Assembly: GCF_018977255.1 (NCBI RefSeq)
Contig: NW_024704742.1
Coordinates: forward strand, 33,978,001 to 34,042,000
DNA from: Callorhinchus milii
Lineage: Eukaryota
Direction of reading: 5' to 3'
DNA: 64,000 nucleotides
Below, one piece after another: positions 24,701 through 37,900 of the stretch (position 1 is its first letter; every line of letters begins with the position of its first letter). The notes beneath the pieces were generated by a model. It searched no databases. It worked only from the letters and a program-made list of their open reading frames with translations, and was not told the origin of the DNA. The translations under genes and the position numbers were made by a program.

Positions 24701-25689
24701 CATTGCACTGTGCAGTGTTGTAGCAGCAGAGCAGGGAGTGAGACAACACAGGCTTCTGCCTGGCACTTTCTATACCAGTTGAGATTCTCAGGGTTGTAAC
24801 TGAGCAGAAGCAGGGTAATTCCTCACAGAAAAGGGAGGAACATTGGTGGGCTACACTCTGACCTGTTTTCATATAATTCCTGACATCTGGGGCATTGGTG
24901 GAATCTGGGAGCAATTCACTTGGTTGCCCTCTCGCCTGTAGATTAATGTGTGGCTTGGAGTTACCTAAACACAGGGCGAGAAAATAACGTACATTTAAAA
25001 CATAGCAATTTGTATTAAGATTCCTTAATAATGATTCTGAGAGGCAAATAGGGTCCTTCTTCCCAATAACAGGAGGTGCGTCACTCTCCCAAATGATCTA
25101 TTGCCACTCGACGGACTTTTTAGAAACTGCTCTGTTTTAGACTCCGATATAATTATTATGGTATAAAAGGCACAAAGTCACATAACAATAATCATATATC
25201 CAAAACATCATAAAAGATTCCCTGATCTTTGTCAGCATGTTTTTAAAGGAATGATTGTGTTACACTAAGCTGCTGGTTGGCTCTCAGCCTGTAGTGCAGG
25301 GGTGTGAACTGGCAGCCTGTTAAAACTGTGGGATTCACATGGTCCTTGCTCTCGGCAAAGTACAAGTGAAGTGAAGCTTGAAAGCTGGTTGTGTTTTAAT
25401 GTTTGTGGGAGTCAATTTGCCTGTCTGATTCTACTGATATTAGCATCCTTGAGGGTGGTCTCCAGGACAGCCCAGGAACGTTTTAAAGATAACATTTCAA
25501 GTCTAAACGTTTATTTTGCCGCCACTGCAAAGTTGGAATCAGTGAGAAAACACATTAGAAGTGACCTCACGTGACTTGTCTAAAGCATACCTTGGGTTTC
25601 AACATCTTGGGATGTCCTTCTGACCTGAAAGGCGCTATGTAAATGCAATTTGTTGTTGTTTGTAAAACAACACTTCAACTACAGAGTTT

Positions 25690-25880
25690 ATAGACCATAA
25701 AACTGTAAAGATTTTGTAGCAAAGAAAGAGGCCATTCGGCCCATTGTGCCTGTGCCAGCCCTCTGAAAGAGCTATCCGTTTAGTCACATTCTCTTGCCTG
25801 TTTCTCACACCCTGTTATATTTACCCTTCTCTGATATTTATCTAATTCTCTCTTGTTCCTTTATTATGGATTCTACCTCA
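25690..25880 (-). mobile_element. CR1 LINE 3' end
   Basis: GAGGCCATTCGGCCCATTGTGCCTGTGCCAGCCCTCTGAAAGAGCTATCC, typical reverse-complemented shark CR1 3' UTR; sister copy at 31943-32100. Confidence 0.75.
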
Positions 25881-25914
25881 ACCAAAGTTCCAGTATTTTG
25901 CATACACTGATTTA

Positions 25915-26020
25915 ATGATAATAATAATTTGATATAGCACTTATCACGTCTTCTAGACGTCTCAAAGCGCTTCACAGAATATGCTGTAAAGTGAATTAAC
26001 TGTATATTTGTGGGCGAAAC
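25915..26020 (-). mobile_element. Young SINE 3' fragment
   Basis: GATATAGCACTTATCACGTCTTCTAGACGTCTCAAAGCGCTTCACAGAATATGC. Confidence 0.85.
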
Positions 26021-26047
26021 TAGATTTGACTTAACTGGCTTACATTT

Positions 26048-26102
26048 GGGGTGGTGGGGGGTGGGGGGGGGGGGGCTGGGGATGGGTGGGTGGCGGGGGG
26101 GA
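26048..26102 (+). repeat. Poly-G tract with G-quadruplex potential
   Basis: More than four runs of G3 or longer with short spacers. Confidence 0.85.
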
Positions 26103-26291
26103 GTCTAATATTGTGGTATTAAATAATGCTGAAACCAGCACCAGCCAGGATATGTGTCAATCCCACCCACTGGAAGTCTGGTCTAGACCCTGATCTTGGC
26201 TGATATCCTGCTGGCTACTGGGTCCCTGGAGCTTCCACTGGACAAGATCCAACTTTACAGAGGTCTGAAATGAGTCCCATGTCCAATGAGT

Positions 26292-26490
26292 TATAATAAT
26301 AATAATCCTTACATTTGGTACAGTGCCTTATCAATTCATCGAGGCATCTTAAACCGCTTCACAGGATGTACTGTGTAAAGTGGTGTGACTGTGTATTTTG
26401 CAGACGAACATGGCAGCCAATTGAGCACAGCAATGTTCCACAAATAGCTATGCAGTGAAGGATCAATTTAGGAGATTGTTGGCCAGGAGA
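26292..26490 (-). mobile_element. Deu-domain SINE 3' portion
   Basis: Reverse tail through GGCAGCCAATTGAGCACAGC and GATTGTTGGCCAGGA. Confidence 0.8.
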
Positions 26491-26997
26491 CATCCCAGTG
26501 TGTGCACAATTCTATTGGGTGACTTTTCTTACAAAGAAACAGCTTATAGTTAACACTGGAAGCTGACTAATGAATCTTGAGAATCAATTTAAAGAACAAT
26601 TCTTGCAGGTGATTAATTTCTGTGTATGTTGTACTGAAAATGTTTGGATTTCTAGAAGATCATCTCAATCTTCCCACTACCATCTCCAGAAGGTTTAATT
26701 TCTATTTAAACGCAGAGCTGTGCTCTGCTTCAAGTCATGGCTTCTGAGAGCAACAGCCTGTCAACCCTGTTAACAATAACTTATCTTAATTGGCTCAGGG
26801 GGTATGGAACAGATAGGGGCACACACCAAACTGAAGCTAAGGGGTCAAAATACTAATCTGTGTCAGGCGAGACTGGTCTGCTTGAAGGAATACTGAATAC
26901 ATTCCATATAATAGGCAATACAGTGCGGCAATGTTGGGAATGCTGGCAAGCTATTTTGCAGTAAAGCTGTAAGCAGCCGATATATGCATTAGTACAC

Positions 26998-27215
26998 ATA
27001 ATAATAATAATCCTTGCATTTGTTATTATGCATTTTCATGTAGTTGAAATGTCTCACATTGCATCACAGAATACATTGTTGTGTGCAGACTGGCTGCGGC
27101 ATTGGCCTACTAACACACAATCACTATACTTCACAGTAAAACCTCGTGAAGTGCTTTGAGACATCTCAATGATGTGATAAGGCATTATGCCACACATGCA
27201 AGGATTATTATTATA
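26998..27215. mobile_element. Two SINE 3' fragments head-to-head (- then +)
   Basis: (TAA)nTCCTTGCATTTG at left and TGCAAGGA(TTA)n at right. Confidence 0.75.
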
Positions 27216-27997
27216 TTTATTATTTAACATTATGGATTAGTTCTACACCTTGCCAACTGGGCAGTCCAAATCAATATACATCTTAAAAGTCAACCAATAT
27301 ATCCACTAAACAAATACAAAACCTTTCATCTTGTTTCTCATGAGGTGCTTCACAATTTGCTTACAGTATGTCCGTGCATGAGTACAGAACAACTGATTCA
27401 ATCGTGAGCAGCCTGTCTACTACTTTGTTTAGTTCCAGGATTCGCAAGGACGTCAATTGATCCAAAATGGTTACCAATGTATAATGCAAAATGGTACTGC
27501 ATAGATTCTGCACACAAACACCATCTGAAATGGGTTCAAAATCTACAAACCCAAACTGCAGCTGTGCAATCAAAGCCTTCTGGATAGAATTATAAACAAG
27601 GGTGTGTGTCCACGGAGATGCTCTCTGCTCTCCCATTTCACTGGTCGGGTTTCACTGCTATGTGTTCATTCCGCAGTTACACCTCATCATTGTATGAAAG
27701 CCATAAAGCACTGCAAGTCTTGTAAGAGACTGTGCCATAAAATCAAAATCCCTCATTACTTTCAGAAGTAAACATACACAGGTGTGACTTAAATAAAGAG
27801 AGAAAAGCTACAGACAATGTGCCTGGCACTCATTTATTCGTTTTATTCAGCCTATAAACAGAATGTGTACACAGCAATCAAAGGGTTGATATGTATCATC
27901 AGAATATAAATGAAGGTTGACACAAAGCATTCTCCGAAAGGTACAGTCTCCAGGAACCGCGGACCATGATGGTCAGCGTGGTTATAAACCATCAGAA

Positions 27998-28135
27998 ACA
28001 TACATACTCACACCCACATACACGTGTACAATCACACACAAACATATACACTCAGACTCACAAAGATACTAAACACACACACATGCTAACACTCACTCAC
28101 AAAATACATACGCACATACACATGCGCACACTCAC
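27998..28135. repeat. Degenerate (CA)n microsatellite
   Basis: CA-rich low-complexity tract. Confidence 0.8.
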
Positions 28136-28444
28136 AATTTCATAAAACATTACATTTTGTCTTTTTTCCATCTGTATTTTTAACATAAATCTATTTTACA
28201 CTACATAATGTGGTAATTCACTTTCATTTTGATGATTTGTGTTATTTTCTGTTATGATTGTAACAGAAGTAAAGGGAACATCTTTATTTCATTCATAACA
28301 ACTACCAAACTATAAATCTTCCCACAGTAATATCCAAAGCTTTAGAATAGATGATTGTGACTCATCATTAGCATAGGGAAGAGAGTGATAATGATCAGAA
28401 CTGAATTTATGTGACAAGGATTTATGGTTAAAAGACAGTAGAGA

Positions 28445-28573
28445 GAGTTTCGTCCACAAAATATACAATCAATTCACTTTACAGTGTATTCTGTGAAGTG
28501 CTTTGAGACGTCTAGAAAACGTGAAAAGCGCTATATCAAATGCAACGATTATTATTATTATTATTATTATTAT
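28445..28573 (+). mobile_element. Young SINE 3' fragment with long (TTA)n tail
   Basis: GAGACGTCTAGAAAACGTGAAAAGCGCTATATCAAATGCAACGA(TTA)8. Confidence 0.88.
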
Positions 28574-28859
28574 TCTCTGAGTGCCTGCCAAAACCCTCAA
28601 CTATTCCAAAAGACTATCGACTGGGTCTTAGATGATCTTATATTCATGGCCAGCTTTTGATAAGAGCAGCACACTCAGCCATTGATGTGCGAGGGCATGT
28701 GGAATTAGAAAGAAGTCAAAGCAACGAGGCACCAAGCCAACAGTAAATTATGCGATAAAGACAAGGTTGTTTCTGTCCTGTGTGATTTGAGTCTGAGTCT
28801 CTCATATTCATAGCATCAAGATCATGGACTTAAAAATTAAGATTAATCAGAATTTTGGA

Positions 28860-29050
28860 GAAATTAAGTTTAATATGGATCAATACAAGGTACTACATAA
28901 AGAAAGTGAGAATAGGATATACAAGTACTGCATGGATGGGGTAGAACTTACCAAGGGGAAAGCTGAAAGAGATCTAAAGATGTTAGTTGACTCATTACTC
29001 ACTGTGCCAAAACAGTGTGAGGCAACAATAAACAACGCAAACAGAATACA
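28860..29050 (+). mobile_element. CR1 LINE ORF2 fragment
   Basis: IKFNMDQYKVLH...YCMDGVELTKGKAERDLKMLVDSLLTVPKQCEATINNANRI matches the CR1 FNxxKCKVLH...ERDLGVLVD...QCxxAxxKAN region. Confidence 0.85.
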
Positions 29051-29084
29051 AATATTATTGTTACCAAATGTAAGGATTATTATT

Positions 29085-29300
29085 TGTAGGCAAACTCGGC
29101 AGCTAATTTGCACACAGCAATGTCCCACAAACCAACGTTCCCTTCACTTTTGGAAGAGTGTCATGGAATTTTCAGGCAGATGGGATCATGTTTTAATATC
29201 TTAACTGAAGGACAGCACATCTGACAATCCAGCACTTCCCCAACACAGCAATAGAGTGTCAACATAAAATATGTGTGCTCAAAGATAAGCCTGAGTCAAA
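29085..29300 (-). mobile_element. Deu-domain SINE fragment
   Basis: GGCAGCTAATTTGCACACAGCAATGTCCCACAAAC...GAAGGACAGCACATCTGACAA...GAGTGTCA. Confidence 0.7.
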
Positions 29301-30368
29301 GTACATGCAAATACATCCAACTTTGTCCTTTCAGTGAGTTGCTGCCTCACAATGTTGGCAAGAAGACCACTGAATGACGGGGGATAGAGATATATACAGG
29401 GTAATTTTTAAAAATCATTCTACAACACACTCTGGAATTCCAGTTATTGATATTTATTATAAAACTTAAGCTTTTCCCCCTGAAATATTCTGAAACCAGC
29501 AATGTACAGCTGGGGTAAGGACACCTAGGCAAACAGTCACAAAACAATGGGAGTGGCAAAATCATTAAACTTTTCACGTTCCTTTGCCAGATAATAACGA
29601 GAAAACAAAAACTGTTCATTAAATAAATATAGTTACAATGCTTTACAATAAAATCCAGTGAAGTGCTTTGAGATGTTTTGATAACATGATATGGCATTAA
29701 TTCAATTATTATCACAGAATTATTATTATCATAGACAATATTTAAGGATCAGAATAAGTTTAAATATACAACAATTTTAGTTCAAATTATAAATGTTCTT
29801 GTTTTATTGATCACACAGTTGGGGGATTTGTGATATCCCTAAATCAGATTTGTTACAGCAATTGTATCTTCCTGTTCCAATAGCTGCAATGAACATACCA
29901 TTTCTGCTTTGTGAATATTATAGAGTAAACAATGTGTTGTATATTCTATACATCGCTCTACATTGCATTTGTCACAGAGCAAAACTCATTTAAAAATACA
30001 CCAATTTATGTGCTGTTGTATTTCTTCAGAATGTCAGAATACAGATCATGGAGGGCAGCTGTCAAGTCAAGTACTGCATGCTAGGCAGCAGTGATAGGGA
30101 GCAAATGGCCTGTCAGCCTCCCTTTACTTAGCAAAGGCATTTGCTTTGACAGCTAAGGACTGACCCATTCAGATCCCCCTTTTCAGGGAGTGAATTGTTT
30201 GCACTTGTCAAAACAAATTGAAGGTAAATAACATGCCACACAGCCACTTCGTGGATCCTTTTGCATGGTGTGCAGTTTGCTGCCACAAAGGGGAATGCAA
30301 TGCTTGAAAGGTAGAGAGGGAGAAGTGATGTGGAAAGGTTGGAGGCGAAAATGTACACAATCTATTGC

Positions 30369-30659
30369 TAACCTTAGGCAAGTTTCCTCACTCCAACGCC
30401 TCTGTTCACTTAGTAATAAGTAGGAACCAGGTATGTAGTCGATTGGCAGATCACTTTCTGGGGGTAATAATCCCTTCAAAAGTAAATAATAATAATTTGG
30501 TCACTCAATCCACGACTGTTTGTGGGACACTGCTGTGCAATTGATTGCCATGTTTCGCCCACAAAATATTCAGTCAATCCACGTTATAGTATATTCTGTG
30601 AAGCACTTTGAGACATGACATTGAGACATAAGGCGCTATATCAAATGCAAGGATTATTA
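30369..30659 (+). mobile_element. Chimeric SINE, long variant, 5'-truncated
   Basis: AACCTTAGGCAAGTTTCCTCACTCC followed by a ~60-nt segment (CTGTTCACTTAGTAATAAGTAGGAACCAG...GATTGGCAGATCACTTTC) absent from short copies. Confidence 0.85.
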
Positions 30660-31099
30660 ATTTGCAAGTTGCAAAGATTTTCTATGATTCATTAAAAGTT
30701 AGTTATATTTCTGGATATATAGAAAGTATCCTTTTGAGGGCAAAGCTTCTAATCCAGCGTAAATACTCACAGATTGTGATCTGTCTGATGCTGAACACAT
30801 GGAATTGCTCTGATATTGAAAAGCAGCCTGCTGAGTGAAAGATGCAGCAAACACCACAACATAATGAGGTGAATTAGCAAAGACTCAACAGCTTCTGATG
30901 TGCTTTCAACCAAGTACTGTAACTCCACTGTTGCAGTGACTACCAGCCAAAGTGGTGATCAGTCATTTTAAGAACTGCAGGTGATCATTATTTAAATATT
31001 TATCCAAGTTATGTTTTCCCACCCGTGTTCCTTTGTAGAAAAAGTTTTTCTGATAATGACATCTGTGTTCTCCCCCCCACCGACTATAAGATTGCTTCA

Positions 31100-31345
31100 A
31101 ATGTTCAGGTGGACATTAAAGAACTCACACCACTTTTCAACAAGAGAAGGGAGTTCCTCCCAGGGTCCTGGCCAATAATCCGCCCAGATAAAATTTGTCA
31201 TTCACCGCCTGGCTGGATGTGAAATTGCTGTGTGCAAATTGGCGGATTTGCATATAAACGTGTGTTCGATACAGTTTAACAAAAAAACACCTGAAATGCT
31301 TTGACAGGAAAAGGCACTATATCAAATCTAAGGATCATCATATTA
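31100..31345 (+). mobile_element. Deu-domain SINE 3' portion
   Basis: TTCAGGTGGACATTAAAGA...GTCCTGGCCAATAATCC...CACTATATCAAATC. Confidence 0.8.
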
Positions 31346-31549
31346 CTATTAGTTATCATGTTCTTGTAGTTACTATTTTTCTTTTTACCACCACTTTCTT
31401 CCTCACTGAAGGCCACTAGTCAGTTTATTTCCTACATTAGCCAAGAAGGCAGGTGGTTTAGTTTGTCATGTAGCTCGCCCGGGCACAACCTATCCAAACG
31501 TGAGCTAAAATATCTGAGGATGAACTTCATAATCCTCTTGATAAACATA

Positions 31550-31931
31550 TAATAAAAATAATCCTTGCATTTGATACAGTGCCTTTTCATGTCATTGAGG
31601 AGTCTCAAAGTGCTTCACAGGAAATACTGATATACAGTGTAAATTAATCTGACACTTTTGGGATCTGATTGAGAAGATGTTAAAGTACTGGTTTAGCGCA
31701 TTGCATTCAAATGATGTACACGTGATTCAATGCTTTAAATTAATAGAAGAAAATACAATAGAACATTAATGTGTTACAGCTTTTAAATATGTTTCTACAT
31801 CTTCTACATTTTGTGGGCATTTCACTTTGCAGTCAATTCACTTTACAGTATATTCTGTGAAGCACTTTGGGATGTCGCGAAGACGTGATAAGGCACTTTA
31901 TCAAAGGCAAGGATTATTAAGGATTATTATT
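31550..31931. mobile_element. Two SINE 3' fragments (- at 31550-31645, + at 31810-31931)
   Basis: Shared tail motif in opposite orientations. Confidence 0.75.
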
Positions 31932-31942
31932 ACATCCATTGA

Positions 31943-32100
31943 ACCATAGAATTTTCAGCACAAAAAGAGGCCATTTCTTCATCGTTCTTGTGCTGTCTGT
32001 CTGAAAGAGCAATCCGTTTAGTCCCAGTTTCCTACATTACCTCCCTCTCCTTTTAGATTTCTTCTTTTCAGATGTTTATGTAATGTTTCCTGAAATGAAA
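31943..32100 (-). mobile_element. CR1 LINE 3' end
   Basis: CATAGAATTTTCAGCACAAAAAGAGGCCATT...CTGAAAGAGCAATCCGTTTAGTCCC. Confidence 0.7.
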
Positions 32101-32979
32101 TTCAATGCATTATATGTTCACACAGCTGAGATCAACAACTCCACAACCCCCCAGCCTCCAACTACCACGGCTTTGACACAATTTTTCCGCTCAAGGAAAT
32201 CTCTGTGCCGAAAGCTTCTCTGATCAAGGAGATCACCATTTGATTACAGCTACAACAGGATGCCGACTTCAATCAGTCACTGTGCTGCAAAGCAGCCCTC
32301 AAATACTGCCTACAGGACCTCAAGTGAAACTCAGATGTGGAAGAATCAAACATGGAGTTGATTTGTTTTATAAACCAGCGGAAAGGAACAGTCCAATAAC
32401 AGGAGATGCGTGGGTGTGGGGGATAGGGGAGAGACTGGAAATTGTTAAAAATCAGGACTAAATTTGCGGTGTTTATAATGCATTCAGTAATGATAATTAT
32501 CATAATGGGTATATCATCGGATTTTCCTGTAAAGTGTAGTGACTGAGTGTTTATGTGGGCGATTCACCTCCTGGGCATCTTTGGGATAAGGAGAATGACT
32601 GTAATTTGAAGGCAATGGGATTTGATTGACAACACAGGGGGAGGAAAGCTCATGCAGCTTACACTGCCCTGCACCCAAATCCGGAGCTATACTGAAATGC
32701 ATTTTGTATGAGGATCTTTCTTTTGAGAATTGTCTAAATTAACGTTTACTCTGAAAATAAACCCCTGAGCATCAATCTCATTTTTATACAGTAGTGCTCT
32801 TAAAATAACCAATGCCACGTCCTTAATGTTTACACCGGGTTTGTGATGACATGGGTGGGGAGGGGGCGGGGGAGTAGAGACATTCAGGTTAGTGAGAGCA
32901 TTGGTTCAAAGTTTATCAGAATGGTATTCATGGTTCCATGACAACCACGATACAGGCTCATAAAACAACACGGTGGTAT

Positions 32980-33450
32980 CTTATGTAGCCAATATTACTC
33001 TGGAAGGATAGGAAATTAATGAGGGAGAGCTGCTCGCCCTACTGAGGTCGGAGAGGGAGAAAAAANCAGCAGCAGCACAAGTCTCTGACAATAGCTGTTA
33101 CCCTGACAAGGAATGATGGTGTCACTAAAGCATCAGTCACACCGCTTTATGTGCCTGTCACGGGCCTTGATGACTGCGAAGCCTGTTGGAGCTGTCAGCC
33201 AAAATGTTGGTGATAATCTTTTAATCCCAATTTAGCTCGACATCTTTGTAGAGTTAATCTAGCATGAAGATTAATTAGGCCTGCTTTACTCACCCATTTG
33301 ACTTTGGCTCCAACAAAGAACACAATCTGTGAAAGTGAGGGGGCTCTTCAGTGCCTGGTGAGGCACACTTCGTCAGGGTCTAAACTGCCAGGTGACATGG
33401 AATGGCACTGCTACCAGCTAACAACATGACTGGAAAGAGCCTCTTTGTTT
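32980..33450. promoter_or_regulatory. Candidate conserved non-coding element / developmental enhancer
   Basis: No repeat recognised; five TGACA/TGTCA sites in 33086-33197, TAATCC at 33222, TTAATTAG; one N at 33066. Confidence 0.5.
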
Positions 33451-33789
33451 TTTGCTGTGTTATGAAACAGGTTACAGGATCACGATTCGCAAAATTCCAG
33501 AAAATTATTGTTTCGGGCTTTGATTTATGATTTTTTCCCAGTTGTTACTTTTGATTTCAATCTTAATTTGACACTGAACCTTCCTTGCATTCAAATTCTG
33601 AGCTGAATGCAACTGTGTAAGCGTAACAAATACTGACAAGGAAATGTATCCCTTCAGACACTGTTTTTTGTATTGAAGTCTCCAACTGGCAGTGATGTTA
33701 TAAAGAGTTCTGCAATTCTAGGGACCCCCTGAATAAATCATAAATATTAATAATAATAAATATTTTTTGATAATCAGAACACATGCAAG

Positions 33790-33950
33790 ATAATGTGTGA
33801 ATGCAATACATCTAAGCATTTAATTTTAAGGGCTCATTTAAAAAGAATTTGATGCTGTGATGTGAGATGGTAGAGTGGGTGATCTGGAGGGATGAGATCA
33901 GATGAATCCAAGGCCCTTCCTCATCCAAACCAATCTTGTGATCTTGTGAA
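33790..33950 (+). mobile_element. CR1 LINE 3' end
   Basis: TCATTTAAAAGAATTTGATGC then UTR GGCCCTTCCTCATCC ending in TCTTGTGA x2. Confidence 0.6.
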
Positions 33951-34184
33951 ACAAATGATGAATATCAACCCTTTAATTTAACATCTAACCAAGGTATGTT
34001 ACTGCTCCATTGCTTGTTCCACTATTGGACCTGATATTTGTTCCCAGCATTTTGCGTCTTTTTTGAGGATATCAATGTGTATAGGTCCAGCTTTTACATT
34101 TGCCAACAACAACTAAACAATCAACTAATGAGGGGTTCTTCACATAGGATACTGAAAAATGTTTCACTGACAAAATGTTTGTGA

Positions 34185-34580
34185 GTCGGGCTGGCTCAGT
34201 TGGTAACACTCAGACGGTCATCTCTGAGTCTGAAGGTTGTGGGTTCAAACCCGACATCAGGACTCAAACTCACATAGTCTAAGATGACACTCAAATGCAG
34301 TGCTGGGGTGTATTTCTTTGTCAGAGGAGCTGTCTTTCAGGTGAGAAGTTATAGCGAGGTTCCGTCTACCTGGTCAGGTGGATGTTAAAGGTTCATTGGC
34401 ACTACTCAAAAAGAAAAGGGAGTTTCTCTGGCCAACAATCCTCCCAAATAAAATTGATCATTCATTTCATGGCTATTTGTGGGACATCGGTGTACAATTG
34501 GGCTTCTGCATTCCTCTAAAAATCACACAGTCACTCCACTTCACATTATATCTTGTGAAGCACTTTGGAACGTCCTCATA
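34185..34580 (+). mobile_element. Deu-domain SINE, near full length
   Basis: A box TGGCTCAGTTGG, B box GGTTCAAACC, Deu core, tail cut near 34580. Confidence 0.85.
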
Positions 34581-34599
34581 TCTACAATGTGGGACACCC

Positions 34600-35053
34600 A
34601 AATGACAACCCATCACAGTAGTTCTTGCCAGGCTCCACTGGCTCCCAATTACTGATAGATCAACTTCAAGATCCTCTCATTCGTTTTTAAATCCCTTCAT
34701 GCCCTCGCACCTTCCTACCTATCCAATTTCCTTACCCCCCACTCCGCCAGCCGCTGCCTCCGCTCAGCCAGCTCTGGCCTCTTGTTTGTCCCTCGCCCCA
34801 TCCGCTCCACCATTGGCGGACGTGCCTTCATTCACTATGCCCCGAAGCTCTGGAATTTTCTCCCCCAATCCCCCCGACTTGCCCCCTCCCTCCTCACTTT
34901 CAAATCCTGTCTAAAGACCTTCCTTTTTGATCGTGCTTATGCCCACCTCCCCACTCCCTCTTCCCCTGGCTCAAGGTCAGACTTCGCCACTGCAAAGCAC
35001 TCCAGGATGCTAACCCGCATGAAGGGAGCTATATAAATGCAAGTTGTTGTTGT
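34600..35053 (+). mobile_element. L2 LINE 3' end
   Basis: PITVVLARLHWLPI; IGGRAFIHYAPKLWNFLP...FKSCLKTFLFDRAY; tail CTATATAAATGCAAG(TTG)n. Confidence 0.92.
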
Positions 35054-35974
35054 AAGCATTTATATTATTTTTCACTTGAAGCAACAACAACAATAACCAC
35101 AAGCAACTTAACAACATCAGTTGAATAAACCAAAATGACCACAATTGGATTTGAAGTTTTAACGGGTAATTATGATAGTATGTGCTGCTGCTACATTTTA
35201 AAGAGCATGATTCAGACCAAGAAACGTAGGACATGGGCCCAATTTTCTCTTCTCATCCATTAGGGTGGGATACTGAGTAACACTGATGAATGAGTGACTG
35301 AATGTGTGCATGTACTTTTGTATATATGGTATTTGTAATTCTGCATGCAAGTAAATACCTGAACGTGTATTGTGTCTGTGATTGTATGCACAAATGTGAT
35401 TGCACATAAAAGTGTGTGTGGTGTTTATAAGTTTTTAAAGATATATGTATAAAAACTTATTTATTTATATGTATAAACTTGTGTATATGTATTTGTGCGT
35501 GTTCAGGACAACTTATGGGTAGGATTGAAGAATAACATACATGAGAAAAGGAGCAGAATTGGGGGTGGAGGTAATAACAATACCAGGTCAATTATTTTTA
35601 AGAGTAAACAGTTTCCAACAACAAAACAATTGTTATCTTCACAAGACCTAGAGGGTGAAAAATGTGATGTTCAATAATAACAGTTTCCAAATTATAGAAT
35701 ATGTTGTGGAATCCATTCTGAAGTGACATTTTTTACCCTCTATGCTGTGAAAAATCCAACTCTATGACAAATTCAAGGTGATATTTGGCACAGTGAATTT
35801 GCTAAGAAACAGTAATATTTCAGTTAATTATTCACAAGTTTCAGTGCTTCAAAGCCCTCTCTGCCTTTGGCACAATGGTTTATTCCAAGGATTTTTTTTC
35901 AACATTGAATACCTGCTCAGTGGTAGTGGGCCAAGATTATTTCTTATTTACCCCAGATTCAGTGTTTGATAGGA

Positions 35975-36102
35975 TTTTGTGGGATATTGTTGTGTGCAAA
36001 TTTGCTGCCACATTCAGCAACAGAGTATGTGGTATATCCTGTAAAGCATTTTGAGATGTCTTCGTGATGGCAAAGGCTCTATATCAAATGTAGGATTATT
36101 AT
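35975..36102 (+). mobile_element. SINE 3' fragment
   Basis: TTGTGGGATATTGTTGTGTGCAAATTTGCTGCC...TATATCAAATGTAGGATTATT. Confidence 0.75.
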
Positions 36103-37599
36103 GCCGATAGCCTATTCTTAACTGCACAAATACAATTTTTCCATGATCGATAGAACAGAAACCTTAATTGCAATCAATTCGCTGGAGCAGGGGACGAGGG
36201 TTTTACATTAATATTGCATTGGTTATTAAATATTGCATTTTTCACTTTAAATTATAAAACTTGATTTTTGAAAATGCTTAAATCCAATGCTTCAATCTTA
36301 AGAAAGCATTATTACCCCTGAAAAGTAGCAATGGAATACTTTTGCCAATTTTCAGAATTAAAGCAAGGGCAATGAAGGAATTCGCACAGAGAAACAGAAC
36401 TGAATTGTGAAAACACCACTACATGACATCAGGTCAGCTGGGCCTTTTTATGCCTCTTCACCAACATGACAACCATTACATTTAAGTAACAACAAAGCAA
36501 ATTTCATACACCACTGATATAGTTAACTTTGAGATACTAATAAATTGTAAATTATAGGCCACATAATAACTTGATTATAATAATTCAAATTGTTTCAAGA
36601 ACAAACTGCTTGGCTTTTGCCAATTTTATCCTAATTTACCACACTGCATCTACAATCATATTAAAAATTCTTGTGGATGCTGTTTTATAACCATTCCTAA
36701 ACCAATTTTAAGGCAGTTTAAATGCAATTCACTGTGTGTTAAAATCATAATTGAAGAAAACAATGGCAACAAAGAATTTTATTCTATAATAATCTATTAA
36801 AAAAATGATTATAGCCTTGCTACAATTTATATTTTGCAGTTGCACATTATATAAGATATGTGTTGAATAAAATGAAAGCTTTATGATTTGCTGATTGAAA
36901 ACAATAATAATCCTTGCGCTTGATATGACAACTTTTCATGTCGGGAAGACATCAGAGAGTGTTTCATAGCACCATGTGTAGAGATTTTGCACTTTATAGG
37001 TGAACATACAGGTTTCTCAAGGAGAATAACATTAGGTTAAATATTCTAAAATAGAAAGGTCAGATGTATTATCTTTATGTAGTTCATATAATAATCACAA
37101 TGGACTGCGTATTGTCTAATTCACCATCCCACATTACTTAGCACTACACATCTACCTTATTACTGGGATCTAATCTGTTCTCAAACCATATTCTTTTTTT
37201 CGATTGAAACTTCCAATGTGTGAAATTTATGGCTGTAAAATTGCAAAGCGCAAGTTGCACAAATTGAAGCAAAAGAACCTGCTGTCTGCTTTGACGCTAA
37301 ACTTTTTTTCGGATTTAGCAATTTAAGATTTGCAATCTGCCTTCATCAAACAGGAAGCTACAAGATGAAGCTAGCAATTATTACAACAAAACCGGTTTGC
37401 AAATATCATAAATAAGATGCTAATATCTTGGCAGCAATGAGATCCAGAGCCATGCCTGTATGTGTACTGGAAGTGCAAATACGTCTAATATCTCAGTTTC
37501 AAATTATCACTCACTTACCAATTGCTGATACAATTGATAGCAATCATGCACAAGCTCAAGGCTAACACACACACACACAGCAGATTTTTATTATCAAAA

Positions 37600-37900
37600 A
37601 AAGAGTAGAAATTTAATGGATAATTTAAAAAAATAAATGATTAATGACTTTACTTATCAGATTCAGTGTAATGACAGCGTTCTGCTCTGGGATGCACAGC
37701 AGCATTCTCCCTTAACAGATTGCATTATTTCTTCTGCAGTGTGTCCGTCAAGCTTCAGTTTGACAGGATAATCCAAAACTAATCCACAATGTTCAGTTTT
37801 CTTGTTGGCTCTCATGCAAACTGCTTACACAAATCCAGCTACCTGTCAGACCTCCTGTGTGCAAAGCAGGCTGCCAGGCTAACCCCTAGGGAAGGAGAGA
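37600..37900. promoter_or_regulatory. Candidate Pbx-Hox/Meis enhancer
   Basis: TGATTAATGA (TGATNNATKR) at 37638; TGACAG at 37672 and 37761; CTGTCA at 37843; two TAATCC near 37769-37785. Confidence 0.5.

Noticed and set aside
27361..27636. 91-aa minus-strand ORF (MGEQRASPW...)
   Set aside because: No recognisable domain and no supporting gene structure; length is compatible with chance.
32514..32700. LF-SINE-like fragment
   Set aside because: Only a short motif (AGCTTACACTGCC) resembles it; too little to call by eye.
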